Assembly (NCBI GenBank): GCA_964016885.1
Contig: OZ024743.1
Span: forward strand, 5,828,001-5,892,000
Direction of reading: 5' to 3'
From: Eledone cirrhosa
Taxonomy: Eukaryota
Length of the DNA: 64,000 nt
How positions within the stretch are numbered: the first letter of the stretch is position 1; every line of letters begins with the position of its first letter. The position numbers and the translations under genes were made by a program. The notes below the pieces were generated by a model. The model was not told where the DNA came from. It saw only the letters and a program-made list of their open reading frames with translations, and searched no databases. Of this stretch, positions 62,816 through 64,000 are shown in pieces.

Positions 62816-63900
62816 CCCCCAGTAATCAGTTAGACACTGTCACCTTAGCTGAACAGTTAAAACACACCTCTAGCTACAGTAGACTGTTAGTCAGTATCAC
62901 TTTAGCTGTGCAGTTAAAACACACCTCTAGCTACAGTAGACTGTTAGTCAGTATCACTTTAGCTGTGCAGTTAAAACACACCTCTAGCTACAGTAGTCTG
63001 TTAGTCAGTATCACTTTAGCTGTGCAGTTAAAACACACCTCTAGCTACAGTAGACTGTTAGTCAGTATCACTTTAGCTGTGCAGTTAAAACACACCTCTA
63101 GCCCCCAGTAATCAGTTAGACAGTGTCACCTTAGCTGAACAGTTAAAACACACCTCTAGCTACAGTAGTCTGTTAGTCAGTATCACTTTAGCTGTGCAGT
63201 TAAAACACACCTCTAGCCCCCAGTAATCAGTTAGACACTGTCACCTTAGCTGAACAGTTAAAACACACCTCTAGCTACAGTAGTCTGTTAGTCAGTATCA
63301 CTTTAGCTGTGCAGTTAAAACACACCTCTAGCTACAGTAGTCTGTTAGTCAGTATCACTTTAGCTGTGCAGTTAAAACACACCTCTAGCCCCCAGTAATC
63401 AGTTAGACAGTGTCACCTTAGCTGAACAGTTAAAACACACCTCTAGCCCCCAGTAATCAGTTAGACAGTGTCACCTTAGCTGAACAGTTAAAACACACCT
63501 CTAGCTACAGTAGTCTGTTAGTCAGTATCACTTTAGCTGTGCAGTTAAAACACACCTCTAGCTACAGTAGTCTGTTAGTCAGTATCACTTTAGCTGTGCA
63601 GTTAAAACACACCTCTAGCTACAGTAGTCTGTTAGTCAGTATCACTTTAGCTGTGCAGTTAAAACACACCTCTAGCCCCCAGTAATCAGTTAGACACTGT
63701 CACCTTAGCCAAGCAGTTAAAACACACCTCTAGACCCCAGTAGACTGTTAGTCAGTATCACTTTAGCTGTGCAGTTAAAACACACCTCTAGCTACAGTAG
63801 TCTGTTAGTCAGTATCACTTTAGCTGTGCAGTTAAAACACACCTCTAGCTACAGTAGTCTGTTAGTCAGTATCGCTTTAGCTGAGCAGTTAAAACACACC
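62811..63900. repeat. Diverged subfamily of the satellite: interleaved 57-bp and 58-bp monomer types
   Basis: A 57-bp type (GCTACAGTAG[T/A]CTGTTAGTCAGTATCACTTTAGCTGTGCAG) is mixed with a 58-bp type (GCCCCCAGTAATCAGTTAGACA[C/G]TGTCACCTTAGCTGAACAG). I did not see these variant combinations in the first 61 kb. Confidence 0.93.
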
Positions 63901-64000
63901 TCTAGTCCCCATTAGTCAGTGTCACCTTAGCTGAGCAGTTAAAACACACCTCTAGCCCTCAGAAGTCAGTGTCACCTTAGCTGAGCAGTTAAAACACACC
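63901..64000. repeat. Two 50-bp monomers lacking 8 bp of the standard unit
   Basis: TCTAG occurs at 63901 and 63951 (period 50). CCCCATTAGTCAGT and CCCTCAGAAGTCAGT replace CCCCAGTAGTCTGTTAGTCAGT. Confidence 0.9.

Larger units (their letters stand above)
1..64000. repeat. Tandem satellite array, 58-bp monomer, about 1,100 head-to-tail copies in a single orientation
   Basis: AGCCAAGCAG recurs at 1, 59, 117 and onward (period 58). The cores CAGTAGTCTGTTAGTCAGT and AACACACCTCTAG persist throughout. Variation is concentrated at a few sites: GTTGTC/GTCACC/ATCACC/GTTTTC, CCAAG/CTGAG, TTAA/TCAA/TCAC, ACACC/ACATC and GCCC/GACC/GCTC. The array runs off both window edges. Confidence 0.99.

Noticed and set aside
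62908-63111. 67-aa ORF of 19-aa repeats
   Set aside because: It has a GTG start within three consecutive 57-bp units and ends at the next 58-bp unit. There is no evidence that it is a gene.
1-64000. CRISPR-like array (constant segment alternating with a variable segment)
   Set aside because: The variable segments are a few allelic variants of one sequence rather than unique spacers, and there is no leader or cas gene.
1-64000. Telomeric repeat or G-quadruplex array suggested by the TTAG motifs and the C5 run
   Set aside because: There are no tandem TTAGG or TTAGGG units, and there is only one C-run per 58 bp, often interrupted (GACC, GCTC).
1-64000. Variant pattern as a combinatorial code or synthetic barcode array
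   Set aside because: The patterns are explained by nested in-register duplications with inherited rare mutations, as expected for natural satellite turnover. The XbaI, PvuII and DdeI sites are incidental.
1-64000. Tandem tRNA, 5S rRNA or snRNA gene cluster
   Set aside because: The unit is too short, and I recognise no cloverleaf, A/B box or rRNA motif.

Overview
The whole 64 kb window is one uninterrupted, head-to-tail tandem repeat array (satellite or very long minisatellite) with about 1,100 copies of a 58-bp monomer. The consensus is AGCCAAGCAGTTAAAACACACCTCTAGCCCCCAGTAGTCTGTTAGTCAGTGTTGTCTT (about 47% GC, no CpG, no ATG). I saw no gene, RNA gene, transposon, inversion or CRISPR spacer, and the three listed ORFs are by-products of the repeat. 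I cannot assign the repeat family or the organism; a eukaryotic origin is likely but is inference. The informative structure is in the monomer variants. They define nested periodicities (8, 58, 174, 232, 636 bp, about 1.5-2 kb and 3.3-4.8 kb) and a recurring ordered cassette that gains mutations stepwise along the array. Several variants covary in a way that fits a hairpin, and the main polymorphisms are TG/CA pairs resembling CpG decay. The right end (beyond about 61.1 kb) grades into a diverged 57/58-bp subfamily and finally into 50-bp units that lack one copy of an internal 8-mer. Offsets were counted by hand from marker variants, and block boundaries are approximate. I found no evidence of a new protein-coding system.
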